Source of the DNA: a virus
DNA length: 64,000 nucleotides
Virus record (IMG/VR): IMGVR_UViG_3300005573_000058
Span: 32,001 to 96,000 of that record
Direction: 5' to 3' (one strand)
The notes under the pieces are model-generated. The model saw only the letters and a program-made list of their open reading frames with translations. It ran no database searches and was not told the origin of the DNA. Made by a program: the position numbers and the translations under genes. The first letter of the stretch is position 1, and each line of letters starts with the position of its first letter. Below, piece after piece: positions 41,145 to 48,945 of the stretch.

Positions 41145-41546
41145 ATGAAGAAGTATGATGCTATTTGTTTGTTAAAGAAAATTGGAACAACCAAAGAAAA
41201 CTTTGAACAAATGCCAAAAGAAGAAATAGTAGAAAAAATTTATAAGGAACTGAATACATATAGTTTACAAACTGCGAATGATTTATATAAAGAGATAAAG
41301 GAATCTGTTCACAAAGAAGTTGATATAAAAGAAGCTTTAACTGATTTCTCAAATAAAGTTGAAGCTGCTGATAAAAATGCTTACGATATAGAGTTTATTT
41401 ACGACATGTTGGATGCTGTTATAGAATTGCTACAAGACTTAGGATATGAAATTGACAAAGATATATCCAAAAGATTATGGAGAACGTTAGGTGAAATGAA
41501 GATCATTTGTGAAAAATATGAAAGTAAAAAGAACGCTCTCAACTGA
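41145..41546 (+). CDS. Cassette 5 hypothetical protein
   Basis: ATG at 41145 after AAGGAGGT. Confidence 0.65.
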   Translation: MKKYDAICLLKKIGTTKENFEQMPKEEIVEKIYKELNTYSLQTANDLYKEIKESVHKEVDIKEALTDFSNKVEAADKNAYDIEFIYDMLDAVIELLQDLGYEIDKDISKRLWRTLGEMKIICEKYESKKNALN

Positions 41547-41763
41547 GAGCGTTCTTTTTTGTTACAGTAATCCGCCCGCCGCCCCAGCTTATCCAAAGCA
41601 GCCTGCGGCGGGCTGTTCATATTACAGATGCAACAGATGTATGAATAGAAGATTTTAATACAGTTCATACATCTGTTGTATCAACAGAGGTTTTTAAAAA
41701 AATCGGTAGGAACAGTAAGGTTCTATTCCTTCTGTTCCTATCTGTAAATAAAAGGAGGTATTT

Positions 41764-42510
41764 ATGAACCTAAAAGAATTTTATTTTAAAGAAGGAAATA
41801 AAGTAACAGTAAGCAGAGAAGTACTAAATGATTATGATAAATACAATGTTAGTTACAACGGAAAAACATGGACATTTGATATAGGTGAGGATGTGAATGG
41901 TCTAGAAGAAATACTAAATAAGACAGATCTTGCAGAAGACGAAAAACTTGCTCTACAACTGTCCATAGAAAAAACATCACTGTTAAGAGAGATGTTTCCA
42001 GATATAAAAATGATAAAAGAGATGATAAAAGAGACAAAAGAAAACGAAAGTAGAAAAGAGAGAGTAAGATCAAGAGTAACAGTTGTAGAAGAAAAAGTAT
42101 ACGAAGAAATAAAAGATCTAAGAGAAGAGAAGAAAGAAAGGTTAGAGCAGATGAAAGAAGAAGCGGAAGAAAAATACAATGAAATAAGGAAAGAAATGAA
42201 AGAAGATGAAATGATAAAAGAAGAACATGAATGCTCATTTGGCAATATAATTATCACAAAGAATATCAAAAGAGAGATAAGTCCAGTTGACTACGCAGAA
42301 GAAATTTCAGTGCTCAAAGAGCATGAAATATACATCAGAGATCCTGAAAAAGGACCGCTACTCCAAAGGATAACTGATGTATCTGACACGTACGCTTACT
42401 ACTACTTCGATATAAAGACAGAAACGAAAACGACTATAAATATAGAATTTAAAGCTGATATACCTGATCACATAATTAATGATATTAAAAAATACTTAAA
42501 AATAAAATAG
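41764..42510 (+). CDS. Cassette 6 hypothetical coiled-coil protein
   Basis: 248 aa, E/K-rich, AAGGAGGT RBS. Confidence 0.65.
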   Translation: MNLKEFYFKEGNKVTVSREVLNDYDKYNVSYNGKTWTFDIGEDVNGLEEILNKTDLAEDEKLALQLSIEKTSLLREMFPDIKMIKEMIKETKENESRKERVRSRVTVVEEKVYEEIKDLREEKKERLEQMKEEAEEKYNEIRKEMKEDEMIKEEHECSFGNIIITKNIKREISPVDYAEEISVLKEHEIYIRDPEKGPLLQRITDVSDTYAYYYFDIKTETKTTINIEFKADIPDHIINDIKKYLKIK

Positions 42511-42581
42511 GTTTTAAAAAAAATGATAGGAGCAAACAGGTTCTACTCCTGTTGCTCCTATCAAAAAATAAAGGAGGTTGT

Positions 42582-42983
42582 ATGGACGAGAAGATTTATA
42601 ATACGTACTTTTGGTGGAAGGGGTATATACTTGCCCCTTCAATGGTGAGGGAATTAAAGAGTTTCCTTCCCAGTATTCAAGAATACTGGGAAGCTCTGAA
42701 AAGGAACTCCAGATACATTCTAACTGATTTACAAAGAGATGGATTAGATAGAAGAAAGGAGGTAGTGGAGAAAATTTACAGGAGAGCTGTAAAGAAATGG
42801 ATAAATCTCTTTACAGATCCGAATCTTGATATGACTTCAGACGAGGATTTTATAATCTTCTTAAAGATGCTAGTTGACTGTCTGAAACCATACAGCAAAT
42901 ATGTTGGCGAGCGAAAAGATCGCCAATACATTAAAAAGATCTTGACGAAGATAATAGAAGAATACTACGAAGAAAATAAATAA
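42582..42983 (+). CDS. Cassette 7 hypothetical protein
   Basis: ATG at 42582 after AAGGAGGT. Confidence 0.65.
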   Translation: MDEKIYNTYFWWKGYILAPSMVRELKSFLPSIQEYWEALKRNSRYILTDLQRDGLDRRKEVVEKIYRRAVKKWINLFTDPNLDMTSDEDFIIFLKMLVDCLKPYSKYVGERKDRQYIKKILTKIIEEYYEENK

Positions 42984-43196
42984 GAAGCCCCTTTCGGGGC
43001 TTCTTATTCCGCCCCCCGCCACAGCCTACTCACAGTAGCCGGCGGGGGGCTGTTCATATTACAGATGTAACAGAAGTATGAACAGAAGTACCATCATTGT
43101 TCATACTCCTGTTGCATCAATAAAAGGTCTTCAAAAAAGATAAGAACAAGAAAGGTTCCACTCCTTCTGTTCTTATCTGTAAAATAGGAGGCATAT

Positions 43197-43352
43197 ATGA
43201 AAAATAAAGACTAAAAAAGAAAAGAAAAACTTGAAAGAATAAAAGAACTAAGAAGATACAATGGCAAAATACCTGCTGAGAAGATTTTCATAAAAAGAAG
43301 TACCAAGCATGACAATGACTGGAAATATGAAACATATGAAACTGATGAATAA
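43197..43352 (+). pseudogene. Cassette 8: homolog of 51616-51831 with an in-frame TAA at codon 6
   Basis: AGGAGG-ATG; MKNKD*KRKEKLERIKELRRYNGKIPAEKIFIKRSTKHDNDWKYETYETDE* versus ...KIKRIKSMSRSRIPSVKIMHRSKRHENDWKY. Confidence 0.6.
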
Positions 43353-43590
43353 AAAGAAACCTTTATGGTTTCTTTTTTACTGCAGCAGCCCCCCGCCTCA
43401 GCCTACTCACAGTAGCCGGCGGGGGGCTTGTTCTTATTACAGATGTAACAGGTGTATAGACAGAAGATCTTATATCATCTGTTTATACACCTGTTATATC
43501 TGTTGATGGGTTTTTAAAAAATAATAAAGAGCAGTTGCATGGTGCAACTGCTCTAAACTGCAGCTATATGCTGCAAGAAAGGAGGATGTT

Positions 43591-44055
43591 ATGATAGTAT
43601 TCATAGGAAAAAGCTACAAATTAGATAACGGAGACTTACTGATATCATCGTATGGCAAGTATGAGCCAGACATGCTGATACTAGTTCCAAAAAACCATGT
43701 GCAAATTTCAAAGATAGTCGACGAAGAAAGATACTACGTTGACATAGAAGTAAAAGAAAACGAAAATATAAAATTTAGTGCGAACTGTGTAAAGATCGTC
43801 CCAGGAACATTTGGAAAGACGAAAAAAGGAGCTGATATTTTTAAGATTGATATAAATGGTCCTCATCTACTTATAGAAGTCCAATGGGGCGGAAGCTTCA
43901 GGACGACCGATGGCAGGTTAGAATCTCCCATAGACGAAACGAAGATAATAAAGAAGATCAGGAAAAGTTCGCATGGAGGTGGATTAGGAAATACGTATTA
44001 TATATTCGACAGGAAGTACTATGAGAGTTATACACCAAATATAGATGATTTTTGA
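43591..44055 (+). CDS. Cassette 9 hypothetical protein
   Basis: 154 aa; G....TKKG...F, HLLIEVQWGG.F, S.GGGLG..Y motifs. Confidence 0.65.
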   Translation: MIVFIGKSYKLDNGDLLISSYGKYEPDMLILVPKNHVQISKIVDEERYYVDIEVKENENIKFSANCVKIVPGTFGKTKKGADIFKIDINGPHLLIEVQWGGSFRTTDGRLESPIDETKIIKKIRKSSHGGGLGNTYYIFDRKYYESYTPNIDDF

Positions 44056-44210
44056 TATATCCACCCCGCCGCATCAGCCATTCATAGTAGCAGGCGGCGG
44101 GGTTTGCTCTTTAAAAGTGCAACAGATGTATATATAGAAGATCTTATATCTGTTTATACATCTGTTGCATTTGTTGATCGGTTTTTTAAAAAATAAAAAA
44201 GGAGGTATAT

Positions 44211-44384
44211 ATGAAACATGTTACAAAAGTTGTATTGTTTGTAGCTTTTGGTGCAATTGTTGTAGCCTTGTTCTGCAGCAAATGGTTATTGAAAGGCCTT
44301 GTATGGACTAACAGAAAGTTAAATCAATTGATAAATAAAAACAAGGCCTACACCAAAAGTTATAAAAATAATAATCAGCCTTAG
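44211..44384 (+). CDS. Cassette 10 small membrane protein (57 aa)
   Basis: Manually translated MKHVTKVVLFVAFGAIVVALFCSKWLL...; AAGGAGGT RBS; too short for the ORF track. Confidence 0.55.
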   Translation: MKHVTKVVLFVAFGAIVVALFCSKWLLKGLVWTNRKLNQLINKNKAYTKSYKNNNQP

Positions 44385-44564
44385 CAACAACGCCCGCCGC
44401 CATAGAGTTTCACAGTAGCAGGCGGCGGGCTGTTACTGAGCATTAAAAAGGCTGATTGCTACAGTTATGTAGCTGTTTGTGTATCGGTTTTTAAAAAATA
44501 AAGAGCAGTAACATGGTGTTACTGCTCTAAACCTGCAGCTATATGCTGCAAAAAAGGAGGTTGT

Positions 44565-44996
44565 ATGAATTTTAATTTTAATTTTAACAAGTTATTTAAG
44601 AAATTTACTGGATCGAAAGCTACAAGAATAAAATTCGATCCAGAGAAAGTTGTTGTTTCTGTAAATGAAGTTAATGCAGATAAGAAGACTGTTGCTACAA
44701 TAATAGAGGTAGCAACTGAAACGTACAAGCAATTTCCAGCAAAGGATGTTGTAACAAAGAAAACCGGTGATCTATATATATCCAGCCAGAATCCAAAAGG
44801 AAAAAGCTCATATGCTGATCTTGTTAGCAGAAATGTAATAGGTGCATATAGATTAGGATGGATATATGCGAAAGATGGTAAAAATATAATCTGGAAGGCA
44901 AAGTACTTCCTTCGCGCAAATCGGAAGGAAGGTAATTTCCAACTCGAGATCTATCAACCGAATTCTATGATAAAAGGTATCGACGACAGGAAGTGA
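44565..44996 (+). CDS. Cassette 11 hypothetical protein (paralog of 38822-39199)
   Basis: Clear colinear similarity to cassette 1. Confidence 0.7.
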   Translation: MNFNFNFNKLFKKFTGSKATRIKFDPEKVVVSVNEVNADKKTVATIIEVATETYKQFPAKDVVTKKTGDLYISSQNPKGKSSYADLVSRNVIGAYRLGWIYAKDGKNIIWKAKYFLRANRKEGNFQLEIYQPNSMIKGIDDRK

Positions 44997-45000
44997 GCAT

Positions 45001-45032
45001 AAGAGCCCCACAGTAGTGGGGCTCTCTTTTTT
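45001..45032 (+). terminator. Intrinsic terminator closing the array
   Basis: AGAGCCCCAC-AGTA-GTGGGGCTCT plus T-tract. Confidence 0.75.
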
Positions 45033-45213
45033 TAGAACAGAAGAATAAAAGAACAGAAAAACAGAAATAGAACAGAAGTGAAACCCCACAAAAGCAGTTA
45101 AAATTGAACATTTTTCAACTTCTTTCACCACTCATCCCCACTTAACTGCTCTATTTTTAACTTTTTCTACTGCTTTTGTGGGGTTTCAAAAAATCAAAAA
45201 ATTAAAAAATTAT

Positions 45214-45288
45214 GGCCTCGTCGTCTAAATGGTTTAGGACTCCAGCTTTTCAAGCTGGAAATGGTGGGTTCAAGTCCCCCCGAGGCTA
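45214..45288 (+). tRNA. trnE: tRNA-Glu (TTC), CCA not encoded
   Basis: Acceptor GGCCTCG/CGAGGCT, D arm GTCT..TGG..GGAC, anticodon stem CCAGC/GCTGG with loop TT-TTC-AA, T loop GTTCAAGTC. Confidence 0.85.
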
Positions 45289-45310
45289 TAATAAAAGAAA
45301 AGGAGGTAAT

Positions 45311-45502
45311 ATGTTAATAGAAAAAAAGAAGTTTTTTATATATTTGACAAAAAATCAAATAGGAGCCGGCACAAACAACGGCTCCATAAGCATGCACTGG
45401 TATAGAAAATGGATAGGAATAAGAACATATAAAGGCATAGATACAGAGGAAATAAATTTAGGTTATATATGGATAGTTATAGCAAAAATAAAGGAGGAAT
45501 AG
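45311..45502 (+). CDS. Small hypothetical protein
   Basis: True start is the ATG at 45311 (AGGAGGT); the track's N-terminus overlaps the tRNA. Confidence 0.55.
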   Translation: MLIEKKKFFIYLTKNQIGAGTNNGSISMHWYRKWIGIRTYKGIDTEEINLGYIWIVIAKIKEE

Positions 45503-45703
45503 ATGAAGAAAATGAAAAAAGTAATGAAAGGTATAATTTATACAACGATAGACATAGCCATGATAGTAAGCTTCAATGTTATGTGCATAGCAATATTGAA
45601 TAGCTTACATGTAAATAAGTCATGGCTAGTTATACCTTTCATAGGTTCAATAGCTGCCATAGAAGGCAGCTTAGAACAGAACATAAAAGATAGCCTCTCA
45701 TAA
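45503..45703 (+). CDS. Small membrane protein
   Basis: 66 aa, two hydrophobic segments, AAGGAGG RBS; terminator overlaps the stop. Confidence 0.55.
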   Translation: MKKMKKVMKGIIYTTIDIAMIVSFNVMCIAILNSLHVNKSWLVIPFIGSIAAIEGSLEQNIKDSLS

Positions 45704-45840
45704 GAGAGGTTATCTTTTTTCTTTAGCGTTTTTCGGTTGTTTATAGCTATTTCGCTATAGCAAGTAGCGAAGTAGCTATAGCAAGAAGAACATGCGAAAG
45801 AGGATACAGAAAAAAATTTTAGCTAGAGATACGAACTGAA

Positions 45841-46150
45841 GATCTAATAGATGAAGGCGGAGGTGGAATATTTACACGTCAATGTCTAGAATATATACAA
45901 GAAAATGAGAATGAGACACCTGATAGAATCATCGTATTCTCAGATAGCCAAGACTGCGGACTGGCCAGACAAAAGAATCCCAAAGCCATTCGGAATTAGA
46001 AATTATATCATCGATGTTGCAGCACATACTCACGGAATTAATTACAAAGGGGTATGGACAGCAGAAATCAGCGGATGGAGCGAAAGATTCCTAGACTATA
46101 TATTTGCTTTCGAAGGTATAGAAGTAGGTCAAGAAGAAGAAACAGAATAG
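45841..46150 (+). pseudogene. Frameshifted C-terminal fragment of a TROVE/Ro60 (vWA) protein
   Basis: GGGGIFTRQCLEYI...PDRIIVFSDSQDC, extra G at 45958, then DWPDKRIPKPFG..NYIIDV....GINYKGVWTAEISGWSERFLDYI; no start codon or RBS. Confidence 0.65.
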
Positions 46151-46155
46151 TAAAA

Positions 46156-46187
46156 AAGAGGCTGTCCAGTGTATTGGACAGCCTCTT
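46156..46187. terminator. Hairpin terminator, possibly bidirectional
   Basis: AAGAGGCTGTCCA-loop-TGGACAGCCTCTT. Confidence 0.6.
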
Positions 46188-46260
46188 ACTGCTCATACAA
46201 CTGATATAAAAGAGATATATGAACTATGATGTTACTCTATTAATTGTTTTCTTATATATA

Positions 46261-46457
46261 TACTACTACTATATATATATTATTATTAATATATATATAT
46301 AGTAGTAGTAATAGGTATAAAATTTTTATAAGCTGTTGAAAATCAATCATCGTTATGTGGAAAAAATGTGGAAAAGATGTGGATAAAATGTGGATAAAAA
46401 TTTTTATCAACAGGTTTTCCACAGGTTTTCCACATAGTTATCCACAGGTTTTCCACA
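46261..46457. promoter_or_regulatory. oriC-like element: AT-rich palindrome plus 9 phased DnaA boxes
   Basis: TACTACTACTATATATATA...TATATATATAGTAGTAGTA (46261-46310); TGTGGA(A/T)AA at 46356, 46367, 46378, 46389; TT(A/T)TC(C/A)ACA at 46404, 46415, 46426, 46438, 46449. Confidence 0.8.
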
Positions 46458-46975
46458 TAAGTTGTATGAACAGACAGAAGTATAATTTTACTGATTACTA
46501 TCTGATATAAAAGGCGGGGCGTCGTAAGACGACGTCACCGCCGCCATAAAAAAACAGTTAATAGAACAATGTCGCTGTAGTAACAGTTGTTAGAACGACA
46601 CTGCTATAGTAACAGTTGTTAGAGCAAACATAGAATAAAATAAAGTAACAGTTACTGCTACAGCTATAGCAGTATTAAGCAACTGCCACTGTTACAGTTA
46701 TAATTTTATTAGCGTCTTGTGACATTTTATTAGAAATGTCAAAAAAATAAGAACAGTTGTTATAGCAACAAATGATATGGTAATATCAAGATCTAATCTA
46801 TCAGCAATTGCTGATAGATTAACATAGAACCAATCAAAAAGTACTCAGAAAGGGGAAGACGTGTAAAACTGCTTACTTCTGTAAGAATAAAAGTTAAGTT
46901 TAGACATAATAAACATGTTAGATATCAGTTACTTGCAACAAGTTATTAAACTGATACTTCAACGTCAATTGATTT

Positions 46976-47075
46976 CAATTGCAACTGCCACTGTTCATAT
47001 AACTGCTACAATTGCAACTGCCATTGTTCATATATCTGCTACAATTGCAACTGCCATTGTTCACCTATCTGCTAC
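46976..47075. repeat. Three tandem 33-bp repeats
   Basis: CAATTGCAACTGCCA(C/T)TGTTCA..TA.CTGCTA x3. Confidence 0.75.
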
Positions 47076-47487
47076 AAGTGAATATAAGATATAGAATATC
47101 TAGATATCTGTCTATCCGCTCGATAGCGGATAGACAGCTGAAGAACGACTATAGGCGTTTTGCTCACTTCAAGTGAGATAATAATGTAAGTTTAGATATA
47201 AGAATATATAGCTATAGAATAGCAAATAGAGCAAATTGCTACTGCCAAGAGTAAAGTAGCAATTTGCGCAGTTATGAAAAAAACTGCGAAAATAAAGTTA
47301 AGTTAAGTTATATATATATTAAGATGTCATCAGCAACAAGAACATTGCAATGCTAAATAATATAAATAAATAAAATAAAAGTCATAATGATGTAATTAAT
47401 GTAATAATGTAACTGTTATTGCTACAGTAACTGTCATAAAGAATAGTAAAACAAAAGAAAAAAAATAATAATAAATGCTACTGCCGT

Positions 47488-47625
47488 AGTATCTGTTATA
47501 AAGAGCAACTGTTATGCTGTAATATCTATTATAAAAGGCGACTGCCACTGTAGTAATATCTGCTATAAAAGGCGACTGCCACTGCTGTAATATCTGCTAT
47601 AAAAGGCAGGCGTCATACTGCTGTA
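47488..47625 (+). repeat. About four degenerate 32-34 bp repeats containing GGCGACTGCCACTG
   Basis: TAATATCT(A/G)(T/C)TATAAAAGGCGACTGCCACTG with cores at 47537 and 47571 plus degenerate flanking copies. Confidence 0.7.
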
Positions 47626-47660
47626 AAACATAATAAATATTGTCAGTAGGAGGTAAAAAT

Positions 47661-47876
47661 ATGATATTATATCAGCTGTTTGTTAATTTGAACTTGTATT
47701 CTATCTGTAGTAAATGTGTATTTACTGGGTGTGCATTATATGAAAACAACTGTTTTAGGAATAAATCAAAGTTAAATAACGTTAGTATACGTTTATATCA
47801 GGAATATTATAACATTGTACGTGTAAAAACGATGGATGAATATATAGCAGTAGATGGTACATCGCAACTTATTTGA
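47661..47876 (+). CDS. Small Cys-rich protein, family member 1
   Basis: ATG at 47661 after AGGAGGT; YQL.VNLN...CSKC...C.....C. Confidence 0.55.
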   Translation: MILYQLFVNLNLYSICSKCVFTGCALYENNCFRNKSKLNNVSIRLYQEYYNIVRVKTMDEYIAVDGTSQLI

Positions 47877-48030
47877 TATTTTAGCTGTAACTATGATAAA
47901 AGATAGCAAATGTCCGTTGTAACAGTAGTAAGAGCGGCTTGTGGCAGTTGTAAGAGCAGCTTATAGCTACTGTATGTAGCTGTAACTATTATAAAAGCAG
48001 TTTACAACAGCAGCACGAGCAGCCAGTTGT

Positions 48031-48226
48031 TGCTCATATAACTGCTACAAGGAGAAATTGTTCTAATAACTGTTACAAAGAGATATTGTTCATATAACTG
48101 TTACAAAGAGATACTGTTCTTATAACTGCTGTATAGATACATTGCTCTTATAATTGCTACAAAGAGATATTGCTCTAATAACTGCTACAAAGAAATACTG
48201 TTCATATAACTGCTGTATAGATATCG
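48031..48226. repeat. Seven tandem 28-bp repeats (iteron-like)
   Basis: TG(T/C)TC..ATAACTG(T/C)TACAAAGAGATA. at 48031, 48059, 48087, 48115, 48143, 48171, 48199. Confidence 0.8.
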
Positions 48227-48282
48227 TTTTATGATTTTTGTTCAAACTGTCAAAAAAAATTGATATAAAAGGCAGGTGTAAT

Positions 48283-48465
48283 ATGAAAATAAATGTAGAA
48301 TTGTTAAATATTCAAATGAAACTATTTTGTCAGCATTGTTACTATGATATTACATCTAGATGTTATCAATATGAAAGAATAGATGGTAAGATAAATTTAA
48401 TATGTACATTATTAAATATTGTAGAACATAGTATTAGTAAATTGTCTAAAATACAGGAGGTATAA
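48283..48465 (+). CDS. Small Cys-rich protein, family member 2
   Basis: MKINVELLNIQMKLFCQHC...C...C. Confidence 0.5.
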   Translation: MKINVELLNIQMKLFCQHCYYDITSRCYQYERIDGKINLICTLLNIVEHSISKLSKIQEV

Positions 48466-48466
48466 T

Positions 48467-48655
48467 ATGAGAGTACAAGTTCAGATTTGTTTTTATGATA
48501 TAAACATAGATGGTACAAACTGCTACTTTAGAGAATGTAAGTATATGTATGATGATTCTTGTAAACTGAAATTGAATAGAAAAATGAAAAGTTTTCAATA
48601 TCTATGTGATATATTATATCAGTTTAAGAGGATTATGTTAGAAATAGTGAGGTAA
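48467..48655 (+). CDS. Small Cys-rich protein, family member 3
   Basis: MRVQVQICFYDINI...C....C...C...LC; AGGAGGT RBS. Confidence 0.55.
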   Translation: MRVQVQICFYDINIDGTNCYFRECKYMYDDSCKLKLNRKMKSFQYLCDILYQFKRIMLEIVR

Positions 48656-48657
48656 AT

Positions 48658-48945
48658 GTGAAGATATCTGTTCAATATTGTTATTATGATTTAAATATAA
48701 GTTCATCTCATTGGTGTAGAAACTGTAGATATTCATATACGTTGTCTTCGAAAGTAAATCATGATATATCAGAAATTTGTCGTTGTAGTATAAATGTAAA
48801 GCGTGAGCGATTAGATGATATAAGTATATATAACAGGTATAACACTTTGAAATATTATATTTACTTTTTATATAGCTATTTATGTTCTACATTGTTGTTA
48901 AGTAGAAAAGAGCTGATAAAGATAGTTGAAGAGATAACTGTATAA
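48658..48945 (+). CDS. Small Cys-rich protein, family member 4
   Basis: MKISVQYCYYDLNI...CRNC...C...LC. Confidence 0.55.
   Translation: MKISVQYCYYDLNISSSHWCRNCRYSYTLSSKVNHDISEICRCSINVKRERLDDISIYNRYNTLKYYIYFLYSYLCSTLLLSRKELIKIVEEITV

Larger units (their letters stand above)
38757..45032 (+). repeat. Array of 11 single-gene cassettes separated by a modular stem-loop repeat
   Basis: Repeating order: terminator, GCCC(C/G)CCGC-21/22nt-GCGG(G/C)GGGC (39799, 40192, 40949, 41574, 43011, 43388, 44063, 44392), AT-rich long hairpin, GGTTTTTAAAAAA, leader hairpin type A or B, AGGAGG, ORF. Confidence 0.85.

Noticed and set aside
39713-43506. Apparent paralogous peptides RGACSYYRCN in track ORFs 39713-40171 and 43309-43506
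   Set aside because: They are translations of the non-coding cassette repeat.
39799-44430. CRISPR array interpretation of the repeated GC-rich elements
   Set aside because: Repeats are long and modular and are separated by whole genes at irregular 330-1440 bp spacing; no cas genes in the window.
45212-45310. N-terminal part of track ORF 45212-45502
   Set aside because: Overlaps tRNA-Glu; the RBS supports a start at 45311.
48031-48226. CRISPR interpretation of the 28-bp repeats
   Set aside because: Head-to-tail tandem copies with no unique spacers.
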